A stretch of 64,000 bases of DNA from Octopus sinensis (lineage: Eukaryota): contig NC_043021.1 of NCBI RefSeq assembly GCF_006345805.1, positions 20,274,001-20,338,000 of the forward strand, written 5' to 3'. Positions 42,494 through 54,849 of the stretch are shown here, in pieces. Under the pieces are notes generated by a model, which made no database searches, was not told the origin of the DNA, and saw only the letters and a list, made by a program, of their open reading frames with translations. The number at the start of each line of letters is the position of its first letter. The stretch's first letter is position 1. Position numbers and translations under genes: made by a program.

Positions 42494-42736
42494 AAGGCGT
42501 CGAGCTGGCAGAAAGGTTAGCACGCCGGGCGAAATACTTAGTGGGATTTCGACTGCTGCTACGTTCTGAGTTCAAGTTCCGCCAAGGTAGATTTTGCTTT
42601 TCATCCTTTCGGGGTCGATAAATTAAGTACCAGTTTCGCACTGGGGTTGATGTAATCGACTCGATCTATTTGTCTGTCTTTGTTTGTTCCCTCTATGTTT
42701 AGCCCCTTGTGGGCAATAAAGAAATAGAAATAGGAA
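42494..42736 (+). mobile_element. SINE family B (Meta-domain-like)
   Basis: gagctggcagaa head, ttgctttcatcctttcggggtcgataaattaagtaccag core, (gaaata)n tail; 12-bp TSD atatatgatgaa. Other copies at 56779-57006 (-), 61797-62030 (+), 39735-39950 (+). Confidence 0.85.
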
Positions 42737-42914
42737 ATATATGATGAAGGGATACAAACAGATGGCTTGCTATAAAGGAGATACAAAACTACCCCAGATT
42801 ATAAGATTAAGTAGAAGTAATTGAGGTGAAGATAGAGAAGAAAGATGATCATGATGGTGTGCCAGAGCCAATTCTAAAGGTAGGTGAGTGTAAGAGAGGA
42901 TATGAACAGTGGAT

Positions 42915-43300
42915 TGGAGGCACAATGGCCCAGTGGTTAGGGCAGCGGACTCGCAGTCGTAGGATCGCGGTTTCGATTCCCGGACCGGGCGTTGTAAGTG
43001 TTTATTGAGCGAAAACACCTAAAGCTCCACGAGGCTCCGGCAGGGGATGGTGGTGATCCCTGCTGTACTCTCTCACCACAACTTTCTCTCACTCTTACTT
43101 CCTGTTTCTGTTTGTACCTGTATTTCAAGGGGCCGGCCTTGTCACTCTCTGTGTCACGCTGAATATCCCCGAGAACTACGTTAAGGGTACACGTTCTGTG
43201 GAGTGCTCACCCTTGCTTGCACGTTAATTTCACGAGCAGGCTGTTCCGTTGATCGGATCAACCGAACCCTCATCGTCGTAACCGATGGAGTGCTTCCCAA
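42915..43300 (+). mobile_element. SINE family D
   Basis: A-box tggcccagtgg, B-box ggtttcgattcc; 13-bp TSD atgaacagtggat (42902-42914, 43301-43313). Confidence 0.9.
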
Positions 43301-43964
43301 ATGAACAGTGGATCAAAAGGAAGGAAAGGACAGGCATTTTTCGTAAGAATGTGAGGTGAGGTATTGATTGATTGATAGACAGACAGAACAGACAGATATG
43401 TACATTAAAGTTGTTCTAACTGAACATCCATGTTTAAATGGGAATAAATATAACCTCTCAGTATTAATAATTCCCGGACCGGGCGTTGTAAGTGTTTATT
43501 GAGCGAAACACCTAAAGCTCCACGAGGCTCCGGCAGGGGATGGTGGTGATCCCTGCTGTACTCTCTCACCACAACTTTCTCTCACTCTTACTTCCTGTTT
43601 CTGTTTGTACCTGTATTTCAAGGGGCCGGCCTTGTCACTCTCTGTGTCACGCTGAATATCCCCGAGAACTACGTTAAGGGTACACGTGTCTGTGGAGTGC
43701 TCAGCCACTTGCACGTTAATTTCACGAGCAGGCTGTTCCGTTGATCGGATCAACCGGAACCCTCATCGTCGTAACCGATGGAGTGCTTCCCAAATGAACA
43801 GTGGATCAAGAAGGAAAGGAAAGGACAGGCATTTTTCGTAAGAATGTGAGGTGAGGTATTGATTGATTGATAGACAGACAGACAGACAGATATGTACATT
43901 AAAGTTTGTTCTAACTGAACATCCATGTTTAAATGGGAATAAATATAACCTCTCAGTATTAATA
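42976..43964 (+). repeat. ~494-bp tandem duplication
   Basis: 42976-43469 is repeated at 43470-43964, covering the SINE D body, its right TSD and the unique flank. Confidence 0.9.
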
Positions 43965-44149
43965 CTACCTCTATCAGTAATATATTTGCTGGTTCAAAGA
44001 CCCAAGTATTCAAATCTAATGGTAGTTAGAATATATAAGAGAACTAAAGAGAACAGCAAAAAATAAAACAACTATAGTTTATGGTAATTAGCCTTTAGCA
44101 TTTACACCAGCCGTATCTAGCCTAAATATATGAAATGATTTATATTCAA

Positions 44150-44657
44150 CTAGCAGTATCGCCCGGCGTTGCTCAGGTTTGTAAGGGAAATAACTATATA
44201 AGCATTTTTAGAGAGTTACTTCCCTTATAGATGCCAATTCGGGCTTTCTTAGCCATTTCTGTTTTGGTGTCTTCAAGCCATGAAGTTGTTGTTCTAAAAG
44301 AACGCTGGTCTCCTTGACAACGCATTACGACGTTGATTTCCTTACACTCCCTTCCCCACAGCTTCAAGAAGGAGGGAAGAAGGGGGAGAAGCAAACGGTG
44401 CAGGTGTGACATGGACGCCAACTCCGCCGCCATCGACACACGAAAATTATGCATTAAAATGGAATAAAAAATGATGTTAAATTATTTTAAAAATTGTAGA
44501 CTCATCGTAGACGCGCTAATACTCAGACGGGCTCGATATGAATCACGACTATAAGATATCCGAATTTGGTTAAACTGCACCGCAAAATATGGGAGTAGTT
44601 AGGAATCTAAATCGAAGGGGACAGACACTCACACAACTACAGTTTTATATATATAGA
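44150..44657 (-). mobile_element. Non-autonomous Helitron-like element
   Basis: Minus strand begins TC(tatatatataaaa) and ends CTAG with a GC-rich imperfect hairpin just upstream. Inserted between A and T with no TSD. Internal inverted repeat aagggaaataact / agttacttccctt. Confidence 0.75.
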
Positions 44658-44919
44658 TCTGGTCAGATTTGGCCTTTTATGTGTATCTACAATGTCAGTC
44701 TAAGCTCAATTACATCATCAAAATCTTGAAGTTTTGAAATAATGCAAGATTAATTGAAAACAATGTGACTAAATAAGTATTACATTCGACAGAGTAAAGA
44801 ATCTGGAAAAAAAAAACAGCAACAAATAAAAAAAAAATGGTGATAAGTAAAAAGACAACAAATCAAAAACCAGTTATGAATAATTTACATATAATTTCAT
44901 TGTTTATCGACTAGAATAG

Positions 44920-44973
<54 letters not shown>

Positions 44974-45235
44974 GTCGTATAAGAGTAATTAGTTTACAAT
45001 GACACAGATAGACAAGGAAGGAGGAGAAACTGCAGTCCTACTTGAATAAATTTCAAGTAAATTTTGGACAGATTTTTTCTAAAAATGAAAATTAAAAAAA
45101 AAAATTATTGAAACTAACACTTAATAAATTTTTTAAAAAAAGGGTGTAAAGAAGGAAAAAGAAAAGGAAAATATATTTACCATTTATTCTAACATTTTTT
45201 CTTCAGCTGAAAGTATACAAAATTCACTAAAAGGA

Positions 45236-45266
<31 letters not shown>

Positions 45267-45585
45267 TGTGTCTGTTTAAGTTTATCTCTCTAGATTTTCT
45301 ACAGAATTCAGAGCCAGCCCTTTAAGTTACAATGTTCATATATGAATATGTCTATGTAAACAATGTTATCAACGGCAGAAAAATGGGTGTACATAAATAT
45401 TTCAAGAGTTATTGCACTTTCATCAGTACCACATTCAAACCATCAACTAGCTACGAACACATTGCTTAGATACCCACTATGTTTAGCAGTATAACACAAT
45501 TGGATAGACCAGTTTAACACATTCCTGGCAGCTGGCATGTAAATATTTATTGCTAGCAAGGACACAGTATTATATATATATATAT

Positions 45586-45838
45586 ACAATTGCAGTGTGG
45601 AAGGTGTTTATAAGCCATTTAAGAAACACACAAATGCAGCACGGATTTTTGTCAGTGAACAGGTCACGGATTTTAGCGACGAAAATATTTTGACAAATTA
45701 AACTTAAATGTTGAAGTGAATCGAACGGCTTTTGTGTGTTTCTTAAATGGCTTATAAACACCTTCCACGCTGCAATTGTTTTCGTTTCAGCACACGATCT
45801 CAGATCAAATTACTTGCTATGCGAGTACATCTCCGTAA
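45586..45838. mobile_element. Fold-back element in (TA)n with hammerhead in its spacer
   Basis: 49-bp arms 45586-45634 and 45731-45779 (1 mismatch), about 60-nt tail, TA-repeat flanks. Confidence 0.7.
45648..45697 (+). ncRNA. Minimal type I hammerhead fold with G3:C8 swapped core
   Basis: TTTGTCA (stem I), GTGAACA (core), extra G, GTCAC..GCGAC (stem II, one mismatch), GAA, AATATT palindromic stem III, T, TGACAAA (perfect 7-bp stem I complement). Confidence 0.55.
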
Positions 45839-47047
45839 TATATATATATATATATATTTAATCTATAACTGTCAATCAGACAAAATATATGTTGGAATAA
45901 GAGTTATGGATTAAATATTTTAATTATGCTTAGGTATATCTTTGTGTACTCTATAAACTTGGCTGGATATGGCTTCTTTGGAACTTGTCACCGCACCAGA
46001 ACACATCTATCTATCTATCTATTATATATATATATAATATATATATATATATATTATATATATATATCAGTGGGCAAATGAAACATTTGGTAAGAGTTAC
46101 TTAAACATCTTAATAATATGAAACCGAGTTAAACGTGTTATTAAAAACTGTGTGTATGTGTGAGTGTGTACATAACCACTACTGTTGGTGTCATGTAAAA
46201 AGCATTTGTAAAGTGGTTGGCACCCAGCTGTAGAAAGTAAGCTAGAAATAGACAATGGAATCTGATATGGCTCTTGGACTTACAAGCTTCTGGCAAGTTG
46301 TCCAACCGATGCCATCATGGAAATCGGACATTAAATGGTGATATGAATATACTGTGTGAGTATGAACAAGTTGACTTTGCCTTTCATTTGTCCAGGAGTT
46401 CGTGAATGACCAAAGTACCAACACTGGGCAGTGAATTTGTAGAATTATTAGAATATCATGAGATACCTTAAGATATCTTCTCTGGCTGTTTGATTCAAAA
46501 TTTCATCTTGGTGCCCGGTCAGGATTAATCACCCAAGCATTTTATAAATCAGCTGCAAATTGCAATTTTGTTACTAAGATTTTAAATTACTTAAATGTTT
46601 GTTATGTTCTGTAATTATTAGGAAGGAGCGACCAAATATATATAATATAATTTAAGTACACAAAATAGATTTTTTTGTTTTCTAAACATTCAATATAATA
46701 ATAATAATGATATTAATAATAATAATAATAATGATAATAATAAACAGGCTGGAACTAATAATTTATTAAAAATGTTCTCATTCAAATCAAAATTGAAGTT
46801 ATTCTCATCAATTCTTATTTCTCACATCGCATACACGTGGACTAATTAACTTGATGAAGATTTAAAAAAAAAAAAAAGTTTTAATAAACGAAGAATTCAT
46901 CAACAAAGATTTTTTAGATTTTGTTTTTCTGATATTTTTAAAAATGTTGTTGTTTCTGTTTTTCTTTACTACTAGTGAGAACACTTTTGAGGATAAATAC
47001 ATTCTTTGAAATAAACAGCATTTCTTTTGTCATTGCTTTTTCTTTTA

Positions 47048-47105
<58 letters not shown>

Positions 47106-49959
47106 ATAATTTGAAGAACATTCAACTAGAAAAAAAAAGTTCATAAAATAAATAGGTAAATCCAGTTAAGAATTTAAAATTTCAAAACGATATGGATTAT
47201 CAAAGAGAGCATCTCTCCCTTTCTCTCTCACTTACCAACCCAACCTCCCATTTTTCAATCATACAATTTTAATAAGATTCAGGCAAAATAAACTATTTCT
47301 TTTGTTTGAAATTCAATTAAAAAAAAAAAAAAATCATAATTTATATGACTTTTGCATGAATATATGAGTATGTATGCATGCAAGTCTTTCTGTATCTATA
47401 CCAACTGATGTTGTATATTTGTTTACAGTTATTTATTTTATCAATAAACCTTAAAATCAACTTTTTGAAGACATTTTGGATAAGACTTTATCATGATTTA
47501 GAAAAAAAAAAAAAATTAATAATAATAGATTTCAAGAAATGTTCAAAGTGTGTGTGTGTGCGTGTGTAAAAAAAAGATTGATTTTAAATTCACCAACAAA
47601 CAACTAACTGAAATATTAACAACAATATATCATTATTTATATTTGACTTGGCAAAATTCAGAAGTTCCATAATATATATATATCCACTGAACACTTTGGT
47701 ATATTGGCCTGGACATTTTCAAAGACAGTATGTATGGATTTCTAATAGACAAAAAAATAAAATAAAATAAAATTTAAAAAAAAACAAATAAACAAAGAAA
47801 CCCGCAATAAAGATGTTAAGTTATGAATCATAATCAGTTTTTTAAAGTCCTTTTCATAATCATTTTGTTCTTTAAATTCAGTTTGTCTCTCAAACTCTAA
47901 CTGTATCGTATTCTTTGATTTGTGTTGGTTTCTTCTTAACAAGTAAACCATTTTTACAAAGTGAATTGAGAAAAATATGTTAGGATAAACTTATATATAT
48001 ATATATTATATATATAATAATATAGATATATATATATAAAACAATATGATATGGTAGAAAATAAAATGCTTTTGCTTTCATTGAATGAAGAAGTTTTTTT
48101 TTATATATATATAGTAAAAGAAACTGAATTCTTGAAACATCAGCTGATTCCAAATATGTAAAAAATAGCAGCAAGCTCCCTAAAGAACAATAGATTAAGG
48201 AGACGTAAAAATTATTAAAAAAAAAGTGTGTGTGTCTGCGTGTGTGTATATATATATATATAAACAATTCATATATATATATATATATTATCAAAGTACA
48301 CAGTATTATAGATTCATTTCATCTGATCTTGCCAATCAGTTTTGCACTGGGTATTAGGTAACTGGATATTAGATAACATCAAGGTTAGCAACACCATGTG
48401 CTCTTCACAGATGGCAGTTTTGGAAAAAATATGGAGACTTATGGATTCTTAGATGACTATTTATATCTATATAGACAAACACACACACACATATATATAC
48501 ATATATATGTGTGTATACACACACAATATATTCCTATTACATTGAAAATTTTCAAGAAAACAGCAATTATTTAAATATTGATGCAAAATGAGATTATAGT
48601 ACTTATAGTATTAGTAGTAGCAGTAATAATAATCTTCAAGATTGGCCCAAAGCCACAAATAATTTTGGAAAAGGGGCATTAATCAACTGCTATTTACTCT
48701 AAATTAAATGGAAGAAAATCATAGCTGACTCTCCTCTGCTCTCCCTTGTCCAGGTAGCATCTTGAATTTCTGAACATAAAGGGACATAACTAAAATACAG
48801 CCTTTTTTTATTTATTATTCTGGTGCTCTACCTTTGTTAATAATAATAATAATAATAATAATAATGATGATAATAATACTAATAATAATTCTTTTTCGTA
48901 AGGAATTTGAAAATTATTATAAATTTTTTACACCTTATATAGAAACAATCTACCTATAAGGTATTTTTTATTATTGAAACTAATAAAACACAGCCCCCCC
49001 CCCAATCCCAAGCCCCACTTGTCATCCAACAGTGTGTGTACAGTATAGAAATTGTAAATAGCTATCAAAATAAATTTATTTGGGCTGGAGACATTCCAAA
49101 ATTTTTAATTTCAGCAGATTTTTCCTGTTGTTCATTATTTTTGTTTCAAAATTTTACTTTATTTTATGCTACTTTATATTTTTTTTCTTTTTTTTTACAA
49201 ATTATTTTATAAATACATCATGGCACACCCAAAAACAAACTCCTCAAAACCCCAATCTGATTTTAAAATTCTTTTGATAAATACAATATAAGTAATCTTT
49301 TTCATTTAATTTTTATTCTTTCTTTCATCTTTTATTTTTTAAAAAATAATTTGCATCAGTATATAAAATCATTAATCATTAATATTATCTGACTTCACTC
49401 CCTCTATGCCTGGACTCAGTTTTAAAAGTGCAGCATGAAGTTTATATCTACCTAAATATACATATGTATCTGTATACTTTATCTATTTATCCATATATAT
49501 ATATACACATATATATATATACATGCACATACATATACAGAATATATGTAAATAAACACACCTAAATACATGTGCGTATGTATATGTGTGTATGTATGTA
49601 TACATAAATAGATAGCACATATCTATATACATATACACACACAAATAATTACATATATATAAATAATTTAATATATACCTATAATTGAAAAATGGGATAA
49701 AATCTTTATAAGAATTTATCCTATTTTTAAATTATGGGTATATATATATATATATGTGTGTGTGTAAGGGAAGAAGAGAGAGTGATAATACAAAGATCCG
49801 TCTACAAATTCTAAACCAAGAGAAAGACGAATGTTAAATGCAGAAATAAATAATCACATCACAGACATGCATTGGGGAGAAAAAGGAAAAAAATTAACTA
49901 CCAACTGACAGTCACATTCTTCAGGGAGCAGCTGTATAATGTCATTAAAATAATGATAA

Positions 49960-51020
49960 TAATAATAATTGTTTCTAATTTATGCACAAGGCAAGTAATT
50001 TGGGGGAAGGGTGTTAGTCAATTAAATTGACACCAGCGCTTGGACTGGTATCTGGTATCCTTAACCCATGAAAGGATGAGACAAAGATAATCCTGGTAGG
50101 ATTTGAACTCAGAATGTAATAAGCAGGGAGAAATACAGCAAGGCCTTCTTTGCAGCACTTGAACAATTCTACTAACTCACTGCCATAACAATAATAATAA
50201 TAATTTCGAATTTTGCCACAAGGGCAGCCATTTTAGGGAAGGGGATATGTCAATTACATCGACCCCAGTCTTCAACTTGTACTTAATTTATCGACTGTGA
50301 AAGGATGAAAGGCACAGTCAACCTCAGTGGATGTTGAACTCAGAACGTAGCAGCAGACGAAATATCGCTAAGCATTTGGCCTGGCATGCTAACAATTCTG
50401 CCAGCTCACCGCTTTAATAATAATAATGATAATAATAGTCCTTTCTATTATAGGTACAAGGCCTGAAATTTGGGGTAGGAGGATAGTAGATTACATTGAC
50501 CCCAGTACTCAACTGGTACTTAATTTATCGACCTTGAAAAGATGAAAGGTAAAGATGACCTTGGCGGAATTTGAGTCCAGAAGATAAAAATGGAAGAAAT
50601 GCCACTAAGCCCATTACCCAGTGTGCCAACGGTTCTGCCAGCTTGCTGCCTTAATATCAATAATTCTTTCTAATTTTAGCACAAGGCCAGCAATGTTGAG
50701 TGGAGTGGAGTGGAGTGGGGTGGGAAAGAAATCGATTATGTTGACCCCCCAGTACTTGGCTAGTACTTTATTTCATTTTATCAACTCGACCTTGGCAGAA
50801 TTTGAACTCAGAATGCAAATAACTGGAAGTAATACGCTAAGCATTTTATCCAACGCAATAGTGATTTTACCAGCTCACCACCTATAATAACAATCCATTT
50901 AACTAAAGACACAGGGCCTGAAATTTTAAGGGATGGGTCTGGGTAGCTAGTCAATTACATCAATACCAGTGATCAAATGGTACTTATTTTATTGACCCCA
51001 AAAAGATGAAAGGCAAATAT
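49960..51020 (-). mobile_element. Tandem array of family B SINEs separated by (TAA)n
   Basis: About five co-oriented copies; a second array lies at 52685-53145. Confidence 0.8.
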
Positions 51021-51386
51021 AATAATAATAATAATGAAGATGATAATTTTCATTGAGGTGCAACGCATTCGGATTTATTATGGGGGGTGGGCAAACGAGC
51101 TGCAGGAACATTTGTGCCTCTCCCTCTTCAAGTGGACAGGACACTGGCAGCAGCATAACGGGATGTGATGTGGTAACATAACAACCAGGTATCAAAATCT
51201 AGGTTGTGCATTAAGCTCACTAGGAGCTTAGCTCTCTCTCTCTCACTCTTTTCTTTCTATGCACTAGCCACTACAGTTATTATAATAATAATAATAATAA
51301 TGCAGAATTTAACTTCTCCAAAAATTCAAAGGTTTCAGTGATGATGGAAGTGTGAACAAAATAAAAATTGTTTTTAAATACTATAC

Positions 51387-51429
<43 letters not shown>

Positions 51430-51532
51430 AGTTAATCCAAACATATATATATATATATTATATATATCTGGTTAAAATTCTACACCCAGAAATCCAGCTG
51501 GAAAGATATACATATATGTGTGTGTGTGTATT

Positions 51533-51604
<72 letters not shown>

Positions 51605-51933
51605 TATTATAATATTAAATAAATAAAAATAAATTCTTTTATACAGAGTCAGCACCCAGCATTAGCTTAGTTAGTTGCTGGACTGATACAGCAGGGTTTG
51701 AAGAGATAAGATAAAATACATTTAGCTGTTTAATCAAAATATTTGCCCAACAGCCAGGGGCAGAGGCAGAGAGAAAGCTCTCCTTCCTCCACGCCCACCA
51801 CCTTTAAGGAACAAAACAAACAACTGTAAGGAAAACAACAGGGACTCATTTACTAACAAAAATACTGGAGATGACTGGATACTATAATACATATATATAT
51901 ATATAAACACACATATATATATATATATATATA

Positions 51934-52196
51934 TAGGAGAGGAAAAATTATAAAAAGGCAGAATGCTTTAATTGAAGGTAAATTTTAATAAAAGTGGGTA
52001 TATCGAAAATTTTTTAAAAACAATAATCTTAGAGTTATTATTTAAAAAAAATTTTATATATATATTTAAAAAAATTTTTCCATACACCCATTTTTATTAA
52101 AATTTATCTTCAATTTAGCATTCTGCCTTTTTATAATTTTTTCTCTCCTATCATTTCTCCACGTGCGGTCAACACAACCCCACCGTTTATTGATTT
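51934..52196. repeat. Diverged ~85-bp inverted repeat plus tail in (TA)n
   Basis: Arms about 51934-52018 and 52065-52150 are imperfectly complementary; tail to about 52196; TA-repeat flanks. Confidence 0.75.
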
Positions 52197-52899
52197 ATAT
52201 ATATATGTATATATATATATACATAAATACATACATACACATTATACATTTGGATTTTCACAAAACTCAATATAATGTCGCAGAGTTTACTTATTTGAAC
52301 GGGATGATTCACTTGGTCACCACTCAGATGATTTATTTGTCACTGTATGTCATTGATAGAAAGCAAAGGACAGTCCATAAGGTGAGGTTTGAGCAGCAAA
52401 AGAAGGAATCATCAATTCTGAATTGGGGGTTAAGGGAGAGAAAGACAGGAACAGGGGGAAAAAAAAGATGTGTTCTGTCTAGAAGTGACTGCAGGCATGC
52501 ATGTGAGGAGGGCTGGAGGATTTAAAAGTTGACAGAGAACTAAAGAGAAATTAAATTTAAAAAAAAAAAAAAATTCTAACAGAAGGCATGAGGTCATAGA
52601 TTTCTGAGAAGTGAGTAGATGTAATCAACCCTCAAAGATTGAAAAGTGAAGATGTCTTCTTTGACAGCACTTAATAATAATAATAATACTTTCTCATATA
52701 GGCACAAGGCCTGAAATTTTTTTGGGGGGGACTAGTTGATTACATTGACCCCAGTGTTTCACTGGTACTTAACTTATCGACCCTGAAAGGATGAAGGACA
52801 AAGTTGACCTCAGTGGAATTTGAACTCAGAACGTAAAGATGGCCAAAATGCTGCTAAGCATTTTGTCCAGGGTACTAATGATTCTGCTAGCTTGCCGCC

Positions 52900-52931
<32 letters not shown>

Positions 52932-53214
52932 CCTTTTTTTTTATAGGCACAAGGCCTGGAATTTGTGGGGAATGGATTAGTTGATAACATCCACCCCAGT
53001 CCTTGACTGGTACTTAATTTGTCAACACCGAAAGGATGTAAGGTAAAGTCAACCTCGGTGGAATCTGAACCCAGAACGTCAACACAAATGAAATATCGCC
53101 AAGCATTTCGCCAGGTGTGCTAACAACTCCGCCAGCCTGCCACCTTTATAATAATAATAATAATGATAATAATAATAGCTTATTTTTAAGTTAGAGTAGA
53201 GGCGGTGTGAGTGT

Positions 53215-54060
53215 GTATGTATGTGAGAAAGAGATGTAAGAGAAAATAAGTGTAAGGGAGAGAGAGGTGTGCAAGAAAAAGGGGAGAGTGATATGTGAGG
53301 AGAGAGAGAGAGAGGTGTGTGTTTGAGAAAGAGGGGGAGAGAGATGTTCGTGAGAAAGAGGGGAGAGGAAGAGATGTGAAAAAGAGGGAAAACAGGTGTG
53401 TGAGAAAGAGGTGAGAGAGATGTGTGGAAAAGAAAGATGTTTGTGAAAAAGAGGGCAGAGGGAGTAGTGAGTGAGAGAGAGAGAGAGAGATTGAGAGAAA
53501 GAGAAAAGAAAGAAATGTGAGTAAATGAGAAAATAAGTGTGAGAAAAGGGAGAAAGAAAGGGAGAGATGTTTGTGAAAACGGGCAGAGGGAGTAGTGTGA
53601 GAAAGAGGGGGAGATGTAATAAAGAGGGAGAAAGGAAAAAGAGAGAAATGTGTGTGAGAGAAAGAGGTGCGAGAAAGTGTGAAAATAGGTATAAAAGTAA
53701 AGGAGATAGAGAGGTGTGTGTAAGAAAGTGGGGAGAGAGAGATATGCAAGAAAAAAAGGGGAGAAAGTGTGAGAAAGAAGGGTGGGAAGTGTAGGAAAGA
53801 AAGATGTTTGTGTAAAAGAGGGAGAGAGATGTGAGAAAGGAGAAAGAGAGAGAGATGTGAGAAAGGAGAAAGAGAGATGTAAGAGGGGGAGAAAGATGTG
53901 AAAGAGGGGAGAGAGAGATGTGTGTGAGTAAGAGGGGAGAGAGGTGTGTGTAAGAGGGGGAGAGATGTGAGAAAGGAGAAAGAGGAGAGAGAGAGAACGA
54001 GAAGTTTGTGATGAAGAGAAGAGTGAGAAAGAAAAAAGAGCAAGAAAAACTTTAAGGGGG
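53215..54060. repeat. Polypurine degenerate minisatellite
   Basis: Units like gagagatgtgagaaaggagaaa repeated over about 850 bp. Confidence 0.9.
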
Positions 54061-54375
54061 TGGTGGAGCAGGGTGGGTGGGGGTGGGAAAAGAATCCAAG
54101 GAACAGAATTGCAAGAAAGATAATAAAAAAAAAAAAAAAAAAAAAAGAGCAATAGAAAACATAAAACAAAAGTTCATCCCACTAACTTCATTATTATTAT
54201 TACAAACATGATAAATTATTGGTTAAATTGTTTACTGGTACGAAGACAAACTAGTGATAGCACATCTTGTAGGATATGACACACGCACAAAATAAAAAAT
54301 AAATTAAAAAAAAAAATCACTGATTTAACATCTTTACTACAGAATTGCGCAATCACACATTTCAGTTTTAATAAT

Positions 54376-54411
<36 letters not shown>

Positions 54412-54563
54412 GTAATAATAATAGTAATAGTAATAATGATAATAATAATAATAATAAAGGCCATAGCTTATGCCACGACTGAAATTGATATATATATAAT
54501 TATTATTGTTACATACATATCTATATAAATATATATATACACATATATATATATATAGATAGA

Positions 54564-54597
<34 letters not shown>

Positions 54598-54672
54598 AAT
54601 GTATGTATGTATATTTGAAAAAAGCCTATAATTGGAATACAAGTCCTTTTAAACAATTTGCAAAATTATTAA

Positions 54673-54849
54673 TTACATAGGTTGCATACTAGATGTAGTC
54701 CGTTGAATTTGAGTATGGCAATACGCACACTCGGTGCACTTTGGTGCACAAACTTCACATGTGACACAGTGTTTGCATGGTATTAATGTCACAGTTCGAT
54801 TCCGTTCTTTGCATACAATACATTTTCTAGAGCCAAAGTGATACAACAC
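54673..54849 (-). CDS. unk: Terminal coding exon of unkempt homolog, C3HC4 RING finger
   Basis: Poly-T + CAG acceptor; encodes VLYHFGSRKCIVCKERNRTVTLIPCKHCVTCEVCAPKCTECAYCHTQIQRTTSSMQPM then TAA. Spacing C-x2-C-x11-C-x-H-x3-C-x2-C-x6-C-x2-C; NRTVTLxPC resembles insect unkempt. Not present in the supplied ORF track. Confidence 0.92.
   Translation of the reverse strand: MLYHFGSRKCIVCKERNRTVTLIPCKHCVTCEVCAPKCTECAYCHTQIQRTTSSMQPM

Larger units (their letters stand above)
44880..54672 (-). other. Putative long 3' UTR of the unkempt homolog (end uncertain)
   Basis: Follows the stop codon; U-rich on the minus strand; lacks intact copies of the SINE A/C/D families that pepper the rest of the window. 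Candidate distal signal GATAAA (44903-44908) followed by a U/GU-rich tract. Several AATAAA alternatives exist. Confidence 0.3.

Noticed and set aside
42915-42990. tRNA-like sequence with A and B boxes
   Set aside because: It is the head of SINE family D, continuous with the SINE body and bounded by a TSD.
53079-54169. 357-aa and 327-aa S/L/F/H-rich ORFs
   Set aside because: Open frames through a polypyrimidine minisatellite; no domain or splice support.
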